DNA of 64,000 nt from Paramoeba atlantica (lineage: Eukaryota; Protista; Discosea). The notes beneath the pieces were generated by a model. The model was given only the letters and a program-made list of their open reading frames with translations, had not been told where the DNA came from and did not search any database. The DNA is taken from the NCBI GenBank assembly GCA_977017575.1, contig CDRNVI010000030.1, positions 558,001 through 622,000 of the forward strand, read 5' to 3'. Positions 1 through 10,934 of the stretch are shown piece by piece (positions within the stretch are counted from its first letter, which is position 1; the number at the start of each line of letters is the position of its first letter). Both the position numbers and the translations under genes were made by a program.

Positions 1-99
1 ATTGTGCTGGAGAAAAAAGGTGGAAATTGTGGATACTAACTTTTTTCTTACCAGAAAAAAAACTTGCAGTTGCCCTTTTTACGGGATTCAGGAGAATGC

Positions 100-490
100 C
101 AAAAATCCAAAAAATCCAAATCATTCCGGATTGCTCCGGATGGTCACTGGCAAGCCAGACCCTTCACAGACATATTTGGAAGTTCCGAGGCCGACGTCCT
201 CTACCAGTTTCCGCTTGCCCAAGGCGGCACCAACGTGCTGTTGCCAACACGCTGCTTCGACGAACTGCACGTCAACACAGCTTACCCAAGAGGTGTAAGC
301 CGGGTAAGGGAGATGGTTCCCTGTGGGGAGGGTCCGGGACGGTCCTCCGAGTACTGGGCCTAGTCGGTTATCAGCCCAGCCTCTTAGAGTGAGGCCGCCG
401 GGAATATTGCGATGAACGGGTTTGAACTCGCTGTCTGAGCACCATGTGCTTCAAACTTTGAATTCTTGCCACCCCGCCACCTCCGCCCTC
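100..490 (-). mobile_element. Pol III-type SINE, full length
   Basis: Minus strand has A-box TGGCGGGGTGG (variant) and B-box GAGTTCAAACC, a 3' TCCGGA-GCAA-TCCGGA hairpin and a GGATT/T-rich tail. TSD CAGGAGAATGC at 89-99 and 491-501. Confidence 0.88.
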
Positions 491-734
491 CAGGAGAATG
501 CATATACCTGGAAACTACGTAAAACGTTATATCACATGACACGTAACTCTGTGAGAGCTCTCGAATGCGCTATTATTTTCCAAAATTGGCCGAGTTGTAA
601 GAATTTTGACCCCCCCCCATAATTTCGCGCACCCCCTGTATTTACGTATCGTGCTGACGATGCTTGCAACCCATGTCGTGCGCGAGCGTTTCTATTCTCC
701 CCTTTTTTTGAACAGTCGCTCTGGAGTGGATATA

Positions 735-1330
735 GATACTCTTCTTCTAATATGGGGGGACATCGCGAACAACCTCACGACAGGGCAAATCAGTCGTAAC
801 CGTGGAGTGCGGCAAGGCACTGTCACAAAGTTCCTTCACATGGTAGGTAAAGCAGCGTTCCACCAAGAAAACACGGATTTTAACTTTTCCAAACTGCAAG
901 TGGATGAAACATTCATAGGAAAACGGAAATACAAACCGTGGAAAAAGGGTATAACCGTGGAAAAAGGGTCCGAAAAATAGGATGGTGGTTCGTCACGGTG
1001 ACAGAAATCGATGATCAGAAAATGGGCCGAACACACTGGAAACTCGTAAAGCGCCGTGATCAAGAAACCCCTCTGAACTTTATAACCCCTCATCTAACAA
1101 GCACTCGGTCCGTCGTGGTTACGGATGAATGGCGAGGGTATTGGAATCTTGGGGATTATTTCCGGCATTTCACTGTAAACCACAGCAAGGAGTTTGTCAC
1201 TATACCACTTGGGCCACCATACCAATCACGCGGAAACTGCGCATCGAACCATTAAACAATGGACGAAACAGCAACACTACAACTATGGGGCGACACCCAT
1301 GGACCTTCGGTGAAACGTGGCTCTCCAATG
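735..1330 (+). pseudogene. Merlin/IS1595(ISXO2)-like DDE transposase, frameshifted fragment
   Basis: Motifs across three frames: LQVDETFIGKRKY; VKRRDQET..VVVTDEWRGY..L..HFTVNHSKEFV; GHHTNHAE. These match the ISXO2/Merlin catalytic pattern. Confidence 0.8.
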
Positions 1331-1369
1331 CGTCAAATATGGCTACGGAAAAACAGTAGCGAAAGCCAG

Positions 1370-1600
1370 CTCGCCACCCTTCCACAACATGGCCAGCTGG
1401 CCACCCTTCCACAACATGGCCAGCTGGCCACCAAAAAAAAAAAAAAAAAATGGCCAGCTGGCCACCCTTCCACAAATTGGCCACTTCTAAAACATGGTCA
1501 CTTCCACAACATGGCCACTTCCAAAACATGGTCACTTCCACAACATGGCCAGCTGGCCACCCTTCCACAACATGGCCAGCTGGCCACTCTTCCACAACAC
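1370..1600. repeat. 27-bp minisatellite with 14-bp palindrome TGGCCAGCTGGCCA
   Basis: Unit CCTTCCACAACATGGCCAGCTGGCCAC in several imperfect copies, interrupted by poly(A) at ~1433-1450. Inverted copies at ~49740-49805. Confidence 0.9.
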
Positions 1601-1649
1601 TCTCCCACCCCCGTGGGACTCACTCAGTGGACTCACCCAACGTGAGTCA

Positions 1650-2046
1650 CTGCCCCACGTGGCAGTACACTTACTCTCTCACGTGCCACTGTATCTACAC
1701 TGCAGTCGCTGCCTCACGTGACACTTCTCTTACTCTCGCACGTGCCAATGCAGCTGCACTGCGATCACTGCCTCACGTGGCAGTACTCTCACTCTCTCAC
1801 GTGCCACTGTAGCTACACTGCAGTCACTGACTCTCTCACATTCCACTGTATCTACACTGCAGTCACTTCCCCACGTGGCAGTACTCTCACTCTCTCAGGC
1901 GCTACTGCAGCTACACTGCAGTCACTGCCTCACGTGGCAGTACTCTCACTCTCTCACGTGCTACTGCAGCTACACTGCAGTCACTGCCTCACGTGGCAGT
2001 ACTCTCACTCTCTCGCGTGCTAGTGCAGCTGCACTGCATCACTGCA
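1650..2046. repeat. ~59-68 bp CACTGC/CACGTG-rich minisatellite, left part
   Basis: Tandem GTCACTGCCTCACGTGGCAGTACTCTCACT... units; the array resumes at 6861 after the LINE-A1 insertion. Confidence 0.9.
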
Positions 2047-2208
2047 TAAGACCATCGTTTTTTGTAAGACCATCGTTTTTTGTAAGACCATCGTTTTTTA
2101 TAAGACCATCGTTTTTTGTAAGACCATCGTTTTTTGTAAGACCATCGTTTTTTGTAAGACCATCGTTTTTTGTAAGACCATCGTTTTTTGTAAGACCATC
2201 GTTTTTTG
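2047..2208 (+). repeat. 9 tandem copies of 18-mer TAAGACCATCGTTTTTTG at the LINE-A1 5' end
   Basis: Nine whole units, one with a G>A change, start immediately after the left TSD. Confidence 0.97.
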
Positions 2209-2226
2209 TAATCTAATTATAAAAAC

Positions 2227-5200
2227 ATGGCGGATGCTTCCGGCACGTGTAAGGGGACAGAGGTTTTTGAAACCCTTACACGGACCAAGCGTGGTCGGGG
2301 GGTCATCTTTCGTTCACCCGAGCGAGAGGGGCCTGCTAAACTCCGCCAGAGGGCGGTGCGGGCGCTCTGTAAGTTTGTCCGCGTTGGGGCTCATCTTCGC
2401 GTCGCGTGGAGACACGACAACTGTTGCGACACTTTGTTTGTTTGGGAGGACGAGGTCGTGTGTGAGGGGCCGGCTTATCTGAAAAGCGTAGGCTGGCATA
2501 CTCAGGGGGGATCCTCGGTAACTCGAGGTGAACCTTTGTCCGGTACATTTCGTGTTCGGTACGTGGCGAGGCCGCACACGACTCTCCCCTTCCCCCCCTT
2601 ACCGAATACAGGTGTCGTGCTCTGCGCGGTGCAGGTGAGTAACCCGGCAAAGGCGAAACGAAGGAGCTCCCGTCACCGCCCTCGGTCACACTGGGCGTCG
2701 CGTGGCACACACGCCCAACGAGATTCGGAGAACCTCAAAGGTTCCGATGTGAAGGAGAACACAACCGTTGCAACGCTTAACGTTACGACGTTAAAACTCG
2801 AGGGGGAAGATGAATTCTCTCTTCGAAGATGCACCCGTTTGAACGAGGTGCTTGCTTTCATGCAGGTAAGGGGGGTTGGTGTCATGTGCCTAAAGGAGGC
2901 CAGGTACAATTTCTCGAAGGAAGGACTTGAGGATGGAATCCTCTACAGGCAGGTTGAAAACCTAGGGGAGAGGTTTCACCTGTATTTGCAGTCGGCCGCC
3001 GCACGCGATTCATATAATGGCATGGCCATAGTGAGCCGGCATGCGTTTCGGAAGGTTTGGATGGTGAGCAACAGGGTGATGGGAGCTGTCTATCCCCTGT
3101 AGGAGGGGACCGGCACTTTGTTCAATGTCTATGCCCCAATACGGGACTCCTCAGAAGCCGTTCATGCGGCATTTCTGGGTGACTTGGACAAGGCGTGTCG
3201 TGAGGTCAAGGCTGAAAGGAAACGAAGACCTTTATTGGTCATGGGGGATTTCAATGCACCGATAACGCTCGTGACGAATCCGAGCATGGATCCCCCAGCG
3301 GTCTCTCAGCTGAAAGGCCTCTTGTGCTCCATTGGCTGTAAGTCAGCACACACCCTCTGCCCGAGCAAGAGGAAATGGACATGTGAGCTGCCGGGCAGGA
3401 GGGCGGAGACAAAGGACCGTCGCAACGTAGGAACAGAGAAGGTGGGGCAGAAGGGGGAAGAAGGAAAGGTGGAAATGGGAAGGAAAGGATCAGAGCCAGA
3501 GGGGACGGATAACAACGGTATGGTGAAGAGGGGAAGGGAAGGAGAGGAAAATGGGGACAAGGCCTGCGAGTACATGCACGTAAAAGGGGAGGTCGGCAAA
3601 AAGGGAGGTAGCAAAAGGCGTGGGGACAACAAGGTGCGGAGACAGCTTGACCACATCATGGTCAGTGAGCGCTTTGCCTGCAGCATTAGGAGGCACAAAG
3701 TACTCAAGGCGCCAGTGCCTACAGTACACTGCGTCGTTATGGCGGATGTGAAAATCAAGTGGCGCTCTAAAGGTACAGGTGGGCAAAGCAAGGTACCCTG
3801 GCCAAGACTTGGAGATGAAGAGAAGAAGGCATCCTTCCAGCAAGCAGTGTGGGAAATGGCGAAGAAAGAGGAAGAGATCACATGGGAATACTTATCGGAA
3901 AATATGGTACACACAGCGCAAAGACTCTCAAAAAAGGACCGAACCCCAAAAACGACCAACGCTCCTACAGGGACAGAAAACACACCACCGGGTACAGAAA
4001 CACCGCGCATCTCAGGGTTTCGCGACTTATTTCTTCAGAGTCGAAAACCGGACCACTTCAAGGAAGTGCTAAAAGAGCACGGAGAAGAAATTGAGGCGCA
4101 GATTGGGCAGGAATGCGCCGAAATTGAAGCAGGTCTGCGGCGAAACCGTTCTAATCCGTGGCGTACGCTACGTAGAATTTGCGGTTTGTACAGGGAGACT
4201 CTTTGCATCGAGACCTCGTCGACAAGGGAAACTCTTAACATTGTTAAAGATTTCTTTGCTCGTATGGGGTCCGATGATCGCGGAGATAAAGATATAAAAT
4301 TTGACAAAGTAGTCAGCCCGAAAGTACCAATCAACGATGAAAGTTTCACTGTAGAAGAGCTCGAGGGCGGCATCAGTAGACTAGCGCGCAACAAGGCACA
4401 TGGAATAGACCAAATTCCGGAGCAGGCACTCAGAATGATCACAGAACATGCTGAGCTGAGAAAATCCTTATTACATATTATAAACGAGGTTCATCGAACA
4501 GGGGTTTCGCCTGCGTCCTGGAAAATTGTCCTTCAGGTGCCTATTCCAAAAAAAGGCGACCTGACACAAATAGCGAATTGGCAGCCAATCTGTCTCGTGA
4601 ACAGTGCGGTTAAATTGATGAATGCAATGATCCTGAAAAGAATCAGACCATCCATCGAGCCGCTCCTTCGCGACAGTCAATTTGGTTTTCGGCCAGAAAG
4701 GTCCACGGCAGGGGCGCAAATCATTTTGAATGATGCAAGAGTTCGTGCGACCAGGGGCAAGAAAGGCATTGCAGTGGCATTCATGGACTTCGCAAAAGCA
4801 TTTCCCTCGGTATCGTTTCATGCCATCCGTGCTGCATTGAATGCCTTTCATGTCGGACCCGCGCTTACTAGGATGGTAATGTCCTTGTACTCGAATTTAA
4901 AAGGAATAGTCCGCACACCATACGGAAATACGGATTCTTTTCCCATTGAAACAGGAATTCTTCAAGGGGACGTGCTTGCTCCTTATCTCTTTGTGCTTGT
5001 GATCGATAGGATTCTCAACAAAGCACTCGATAACAAGCCGCTCGGGATTCTTCTAAGGAGCAGCGGGACGAAAAGCAGGGGAATTCAAGAATTTAGACTA
5101 AAAGACATCGACTACGCAGACGACATAGCACTTTTAGCTTCCACGAAACATGAAATATCGCAAATGATCGAAGCTACGGCAAATGAGGCAAAACCAGCTA

Positions 5201-6813
5201 ATCTGAGGATTGCCGTGGGGAAAACCAAGACTGCGTGGATGGCCTTTGGGAAAGTTCCGGGGGGGACGCGAGAACTTCGAGCAGGATCGCTTGGCAAGAT
5301 TCCTCTTGTGGATTCCTACCGGCATCTTGGTCATCTCCAAGATGCTACAGCATCATCCCCCATCAAGGACAGGCTAAGGATCACATGGGCAGCATTTCGT
5401 AAACTCAGTGGCATTTGGGCTTCTCCTCTGAGTGCTGCCACGAAAATACGCCTGTTTGACTGCTTGATCTACCCTATTTTAACGTTTGGTGCAGCCTGTC
5501 TTTCTCTTTCTAACAAAATGCTTCGAAAAACGGAGGTTGAGGTAAATATGATGAGGAGATTCGCTTGTAACTCAGCAAAGCTTGACGATTTCGGACACTG
5601 CTACCCATTAGAGTCCTTGTATTGTGGTACGCCTCGATTTTCGACCGTGCATCGTGTTGCCCGTGCGAAAATCGTTGGCCACATGCTCAGGCACTCCTCT
5701 ACGTTTCGCGAGCTCGTTCAATGGAATAGCACGGAAAAAACAAGAAATATTTCTCCTAGCGAAGCAAGTTTTAATGATCTAGGGGTCACTCTGGAGCAGG
5801 CGCTTGTTTACTCGCAGGATCGGATACACTGGCAAAAGCTATGCGATGAGCTCAGGCAGGAACTTGAACCACTTCCGATGTATGAGGTATTAAGGTCTCC
5901 AAGGTGGAAAACTAAACACACTCAAGCGGTCAAAAGCAAAAGCTCTTATGAGCTACAATTTGTGGAGGAAGGCTCGGATCCGTTCCACATGAGTGAGGGT
6001 GAGGTTCATATGTATATTGATGGCTCTGTTCGGCAGTTGCGGGGGTCCAAGGAACAAAGATCCGGTGCGGGAATAGTTCTGAGAATGAGTGGAACAGAAG
6101 ACAAATACTATTCCATAGCATTGGATGCTGGCTCAGCTGAGAGAGCTGAGGTTGAATCGCTGAGGGAAGCGCTGGAAAGGATACCTAATGAGGCTCAAAC
6201 AGTTGTCATACACACCGATTCGTTCTATGTATGGAATTTCTTCCATCATACTCGTCTACGACGGCGAATCATTGGGTATAACAATCTACCGAATGGGGGT
6301 ATCCTTGAGAAATTGGATCGGGAAATTCGAACGCTCCAATCGATGGATAAAAGGTGTTACGTGTGCAAAGTGAAATCCCACAACGGGAACATTTACAATG
6401 AGAAGGCAGACACCTTGGCGCTTGCAGGGTCGAGAAAAATAGTCCCAGCCTCAGAAATAAAGAGGAGAAAGACTGCGACAAGTGCCTCAGAAGCTCAAAG
6501 GGTTAGCTCAGCAACCGTCCAAACCATGAATCGTCCTCGGAAACACTGTGGCCAAATACCTAAGCCATTAGGGAAAAGACGGGATTACTTCAAGATTGCA
6601 GAAGGTGATCCTCTCTCCAAAAAGGGTACCTCGCCACCTGTAGGAGTGGATTCTCCTGAAAAGAAAGAGTGTTTGCCTGAGGAATGTGATGCCAAAAATA
6701 CAAAGTTGCATGAAAGACGTACCACGCCCGGTTCAGCGGACAAGGAGCATGAAAGGGCGAATTCACCTGAGAGAAAGACGTCGAAGCGACGACAAAAACG
6801 GATGTGTTCTTAA
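2227..6813 (+). pseudogene. LINE-A1 polyprotein (~1528 codons) with one premature stop at 3100-3102
   Basis: ORFs 2227-3102 and 3118-6813 are in frame; the TAG replaces GAG found in the other copies. Motifs: APE (GDFNA, LDHI), RT (QFGFR, DFAKAF, QGDVLAP, YADD), RNase H (DGS, AE, TDS, HNGN.YNEKAD). Confidence 0.93.
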
Positions 6814-6860
6814 CCGATGCAAATCGGTCTTATAGGATAGGATAGGATAGGATAGGATAG

Positions 6861-7690
6861 CATCACTGCATTCACTGCCTCTACTCTTGCTCTCGCACGT
6901 GCCAATGCAGCTGCACTGCATCACTGCATTCACTGCCTCACGTGGCGGTAATCTTACTCTCGCACGTGCCGCTGCAGCTACACTGCATCACTGCCCCACG
7001 TGGCAGTACTCTCACTCTCTCACGTGCTATTGCAGCTGCACTGCGTCACTGCATTCACTGCCTCTACTCTTACTCTCGTACGTGCCACTGCAGCTACACT
7101 GCATCACTGCCTCACGTGGAAGTACTCTCACTCTCTCACATGCCACTGCAGCTACACTGCATCACTGCAGTCACTGCCTCACATGGCAGTGCACTTACTC
7201 TGGCACGTGCCACTGCAGCTACACTGCATCACTGCAGTCACTGCCTCACATGGCAGTGCACTTACTCTCTCACCTGCCACTGCACCTACACTGCATCACT
7301 GCAGTCACTGCCTCACATGGCAGTGCACTTACTCTGGCACGTGCCACTGCAGCTACACTGCATCACTGCAGTCACTGCCTCACATGGCAGTGCACTTACT
7401 CTCTCACCTGCCACTGCACCTACACTGCATCACTGCAGTCACTGCCTCACATGGCAGTACACTTACTCTCTAACGTGCCACTGCAGCTACACTGCATCAC
7501 TGCAGTCACTGCCTCACACGGCAGTGCACTTACTCTGGCACGTGCCACTGCAGCTACACTGCATCACTGCAGTCACTGCCTCACATGGCAGTGCACTTAC
7601 TCTGGCACGTGCCACTGCAGCTGCACTGCATCACTGTGCAATCACTGCCTCACGTGGCACTGCTCTCACTCTCTCAAGGGCCACTGTAGC
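6861..7690. repeat. ~59-68 bp minisatellite, right part
   Basis: About 67-bp units ...CACTGCAGTCACTGCCTCACATGGCAGTGCACTTACTCT...; inverted counterpart at ~49150-49700. Confidence 0.9.
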
Positions 7691-7868
7691 TACACACTGT
7701 ACCACTCGGACCTGCACATTATTTTTCTCTCTATATAAATACAAAATGTAAACCGTGTTTTTGGTGGCCAGCTGGCCACTTTTTTCAAGAAAAAAATTTG
7801 GAAAAAAAAATCGTTCCGAATTTATTTTTTTCGCGATTTTGAGCATATAATTTTTTTTGTTCAAAAAT

Positions 7869-7944
7869 GTCGATGTCGGGAATCGAACCGCGGAGATCCA
7901 GCGTCAAAATGGAACCCCTTTACCAACTGGACTACTCAAAGGAC
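7869..7944 (-). pseudogene. tRNA-like sequence (degenerate, possibly Gln-TTG derived) inside a DNA element
   Basis: Minus strand: TAGTCCAGTTGG (A-box-like), GGTTCGATTCC (B-box), downstream TTTTT. Anticodon and acceptor stems are imperfect. Confidence 0.55.
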
Positions 7945-8190
7945 TCTCCTTAGTCAACCAGTTTGTCGTATCGCAGACCTTTGCAGACGCACTGTTTTTT
8001 ACCAAAAGTGTTCTACAATTTGGGAAATAAGGTTGTTTTAGATGATTTTTCGAGTATTAAAGAGTTCATCTAGTGAGGTACTGCTACGTTTTAAAATTTT
8101 GAAAAAACTCGATCTCTCGCTTCTTTGAGGGGCATTTTCAAGTTTTGGAATTAACCTTAGTAAGCGAGTTAGATACTCCGTATCTCCCTC

Positions 8191-10130
8191 AACACACCTT
8201 TTATAAAGAACACACTTTCTATAAATCCTTTATAAAAAGATGGCAAATGCTTCCGGCGCGGTAAAGGAGACAGAGGCCTTTGAAACCCTTTACCGAACCA
8301 AGCGTGTTTGGGGAGTCATCTTTCGTCCGCCAGTACGGGAGGGACTTGCGAAACTTCGCCAGAGGGCGGTGCGTGCGATTTGTAGGATTGCCAAGGTTGG
8401 GTGCCAAGTGCTTCGGGTTGTGTGGAGATATGTAACTTGTTCGAGACTTTATCTTTGGACGGGGAGAGTTGAAGAGGTGCACGTGCCATTGTTCAGGAAC
8501 GAATCGTGGTCAGGTGTGCTTCGCGTTCGGTACGAGGAGCGTACGAACACAACCCTTCCTTTCCCCCCTATCGTTCTACAGGTGTAGTTCTCTGTTCGGT
8601 TCAAGTCAGTAGCCCTGCTAAAGTGGTCCGAAAGATTGCGCGTCACCGTCCTAAACCTCGGGCATTGCGTGGCATGCATACCCAACGCGAATCGGTGAAC
8701 ATTCAATGTTCCGCTGTGAAGAAGAGTGCTACGGTTGGCACTCTAAACGTGACGATCTTAAAACTTGTGGGGGGTGATAAATTTTCTATTCTTCGATGTT
8801 CACGACTTTGATATAAATATAAATGATAGAAAAGGGGATGGATATTTTGTGCCTTCAGGAAACGAGGTTTAAATTTTCTGAGGACGGCCTCGAGGATGGC
8901 ACACTCTAGAAGCCTAGGGCACTGTTTTCACATTTATCTGCAGTATGCCACAGGTCAAGATTCTTACAACGGAATGGGCATCATTAGTTTACGGGCGCTT
9001 GCGAAGGTGTGGAAAATAAGTGGGAGGGTTATGGGGGCTGAATACCAGCTGGAAGAGTGAAAAGGAAGCTTGGTAAATGTCCATGCTCCTACGCGAGACT
9101 CCTCTGAAGCATTACATGCGGGGTTTCTTCGTGAGGTGGTTCGATCGTGTCAAGGCGGTGAAGCGAAGGCAAAACAGCGCCCTTTACTGGTTGTAGGGGA
9201 CTCTAATGCACCACTTACTTTAACTACGAATAAAATGGGTCCACCACGCGGCTATATCTCAATTAAAAGGGCTGATGAGTTCCACAGGGTGTAAATCTGC
9301 TCATTCACTCTGTCCCAGTCGGAGAAAATGGACGTGCGAGCTACCTTGCAGAGGAAAAGAAGGCTAAAAAGTTAGCAGATCAGTTGAAGGGAAAAACAAA
9401 ACAAGAAAGACGAATGTAGTTATAAACGGGGGCGCAACCTATAATAAGCCGCAAAAACTGCCCACTAATGGCAAGGAAAACCGCGTAAAGAGAGAATTGG
9501 ACAATATTTTAGTGAGTGACCGGTTCTCCTCCAGCGTTTGTGACCACAAGGTTCTTAAGGAACCTATTCCTATGACGCATTGTGTCGTCATGGCGAATGT
9601 AAATATTAAGTAGCGCACTGGGAATCGTAGGGGGGCAGGTCGGGTTACACGGGCTCAACTGAGAGACGAAAAGCGAAGGTTCAAACAAAAAGTTTGGGAG
9701 GCAACTGAGAAAGAATCAATGGTAACGTGGGAAAACCTCTCTGAAACGATGGTAGTACATGTAAATTATATATTTTCAAAGGTGAAAATAGATAAAGTAT
9801 CCGAGTCAGAAGAAGGATCGGTCGAGCGAACCAGTCGATGAAAAAAAACCGTCTATTGGTGTACCAATCCAATCCAATCCAAAAGACCGACATATGTCGG
9901 TTAGAATGTTAAATGTTTTCCCCCCGAACTTATACTCCCTCGCCTTCCAGTTCAGAGTTTTATAGTTCTATTGGTGTACGGGAACTTTTCCTACAAAGCC
10001 GTAAACCACATCACTTCCAGCAGATTGTTGAAACGCATGGTCGAGAAATAGAGGAAGAAATAGCCCTGGAGTGCAATGAAATTGAGGCTGGGCTGCGTTC
10101 TAACAGATCAAATGTCAAATACCAATACGC
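8191..10130 (+). pseudogene. Degenerate 5' half of related family LINE-A' (N-terminal domain + APE + linker)
   Basis: MANASGAVKETEAFETLYRTKR aligns to the LINE-A N-terminus. LQET, VVGDSNAP, LDNILVSDRF and ELFLQSRKPHHF are recognisable through stops and frameshifts. Confidence 0.88.
9865..9966 (-). mobile_element. 102-bp 5'-truncated retro-insertion (3' end of another LINE family)
   Basis: 13-bp TSD TCTATTGGTGTAC (9852-9864, 9967-9979). Minus strand ends ACCGACA-TA-TGTCGGT CTTTT (GGATT)n. Confidence 0.85.
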
Positions 10131-10144
10131 ACGTGCCTACCAAT

Positions 10145-10920
10145 ACGTCATGTGCCTACAGGAGGCCAGATACAATTTCTCGAAGGAAGGACATGAAGAT
10201 GGAATCCTATACAGGCATGTTGAAAACCTAGGGGAGAGGTTTCACCTGTATTTGCAGTCGGCCGCCGCACACGATTCATATAATGGCATGGCCATAGTGA
10301 GCCGGCATTCGTTTCGGAAGGTTTGGATGGTGAGCAACAGGGTGATGGGAGCTGAGTATCCCCTGGAGGAGGGGACCGGCACTTTGTTCAATGTCTATGC
10401 CCCCATACGGGACTCCTCAGAAGCTGTTCATGCGGCATTTCTGGGTGACTTGGACAAGGCGTGTCGTGAGGTCAAGGCTGAACGGAAACGCAGACCTTTA
10501 TTGGTCATGGGGGATTTCAATGCACCGATAACGCTCGTGACTAATCAGAACATGGATCCCCCAGAGGTCTCTCAGCTGAAAGGCCTCTTGTGCCCCATTG
10601 GCTGTAAGTCAGCACACACCCTCTGCCCGAGCAAGAGGAAATGGACATGTGAGTTGCCGGGCAGGAGGGCGGACACAAAGGACCGTTGCAACGTAGGAAC
10701 AGAGAAGGTGGGGCAGAAGGGGTAAGAAGGAAAGGTGGAACTGGGAAGGAAAGGATCAGAGCCAGAGGGGACGGATAACAACGGTATGGTGAAGAGGGGA
10801 AGGGAAGGAGAGGAAAATGGGGACAAGGCCTGCGAGTACAAACATGTAAAAGGAGAGGTCGGCAACAAGGGAGGTAGCAAAAGGCGTGGGGACAACAAGG
10901 TGCGGAGACAGCTTGACCAT
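10145..10920 (+). pseudogene. Internal LINE-A APE fragment
   Basis: CLQEARYNFSKEG...RRQLDH is near-identical to LINE-A. Stop at ~10723; truncated at both ends. Confidence 0.9.
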
Positions 10921-10934
10921 TAATTAATAATTAA

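Larger units (their letters stand above)
2047..6860 (+). mobile_element. LINE-A1, full-length non-LTR retrotransposon (RTE-like single ORF, APE-RT-RNase H)
   Basis: 10-bp TSD CATCACTGCA (2037-2046, 6861-6870). 5' end = 9x18-mer + 18 unique nt + ATG. 3' end = hairpin ACCGAT-GCAA-ATCGGT + (GGATA)n. Confidence 0.95.
1370..8190 (-). mobile_element. Non-autonomous Helentron/Helitron2-like element with central minisatellites (LINE-A1 nested inside)
   Basis: End TT|GAGGGAGATAC with adjacent hairpin AGATAC-GGA-GTATCT at 8171-8190. 7700-8190 and the minisatellites match 48654-49805 inverted. Left boundary uncertain. Confidence 0.55.

Noticed and set aside
2-392. Short ORFs overlapping SINE copies (e.g. 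SFRIAPDGHWQARPF...)
   Set aside because: They start in variable flanks, differ in frame between copies, and lie in a Pol III-type non-coding element.
3306-5340. Antisense and alternate-frame ORFs inside LINE-A (also in A2 and A3)
   Set aside because: Shadow ORFs of the polyprotein, with no motifs; they recur only because the copies are near-identical.
6887-7751. His/Cys-rich ORFs in the CACTGC minisatellite (also 1450-2216, 49001-49709)
   Set aside because: Low-complexity translations of tandem repeats, open in several frames.
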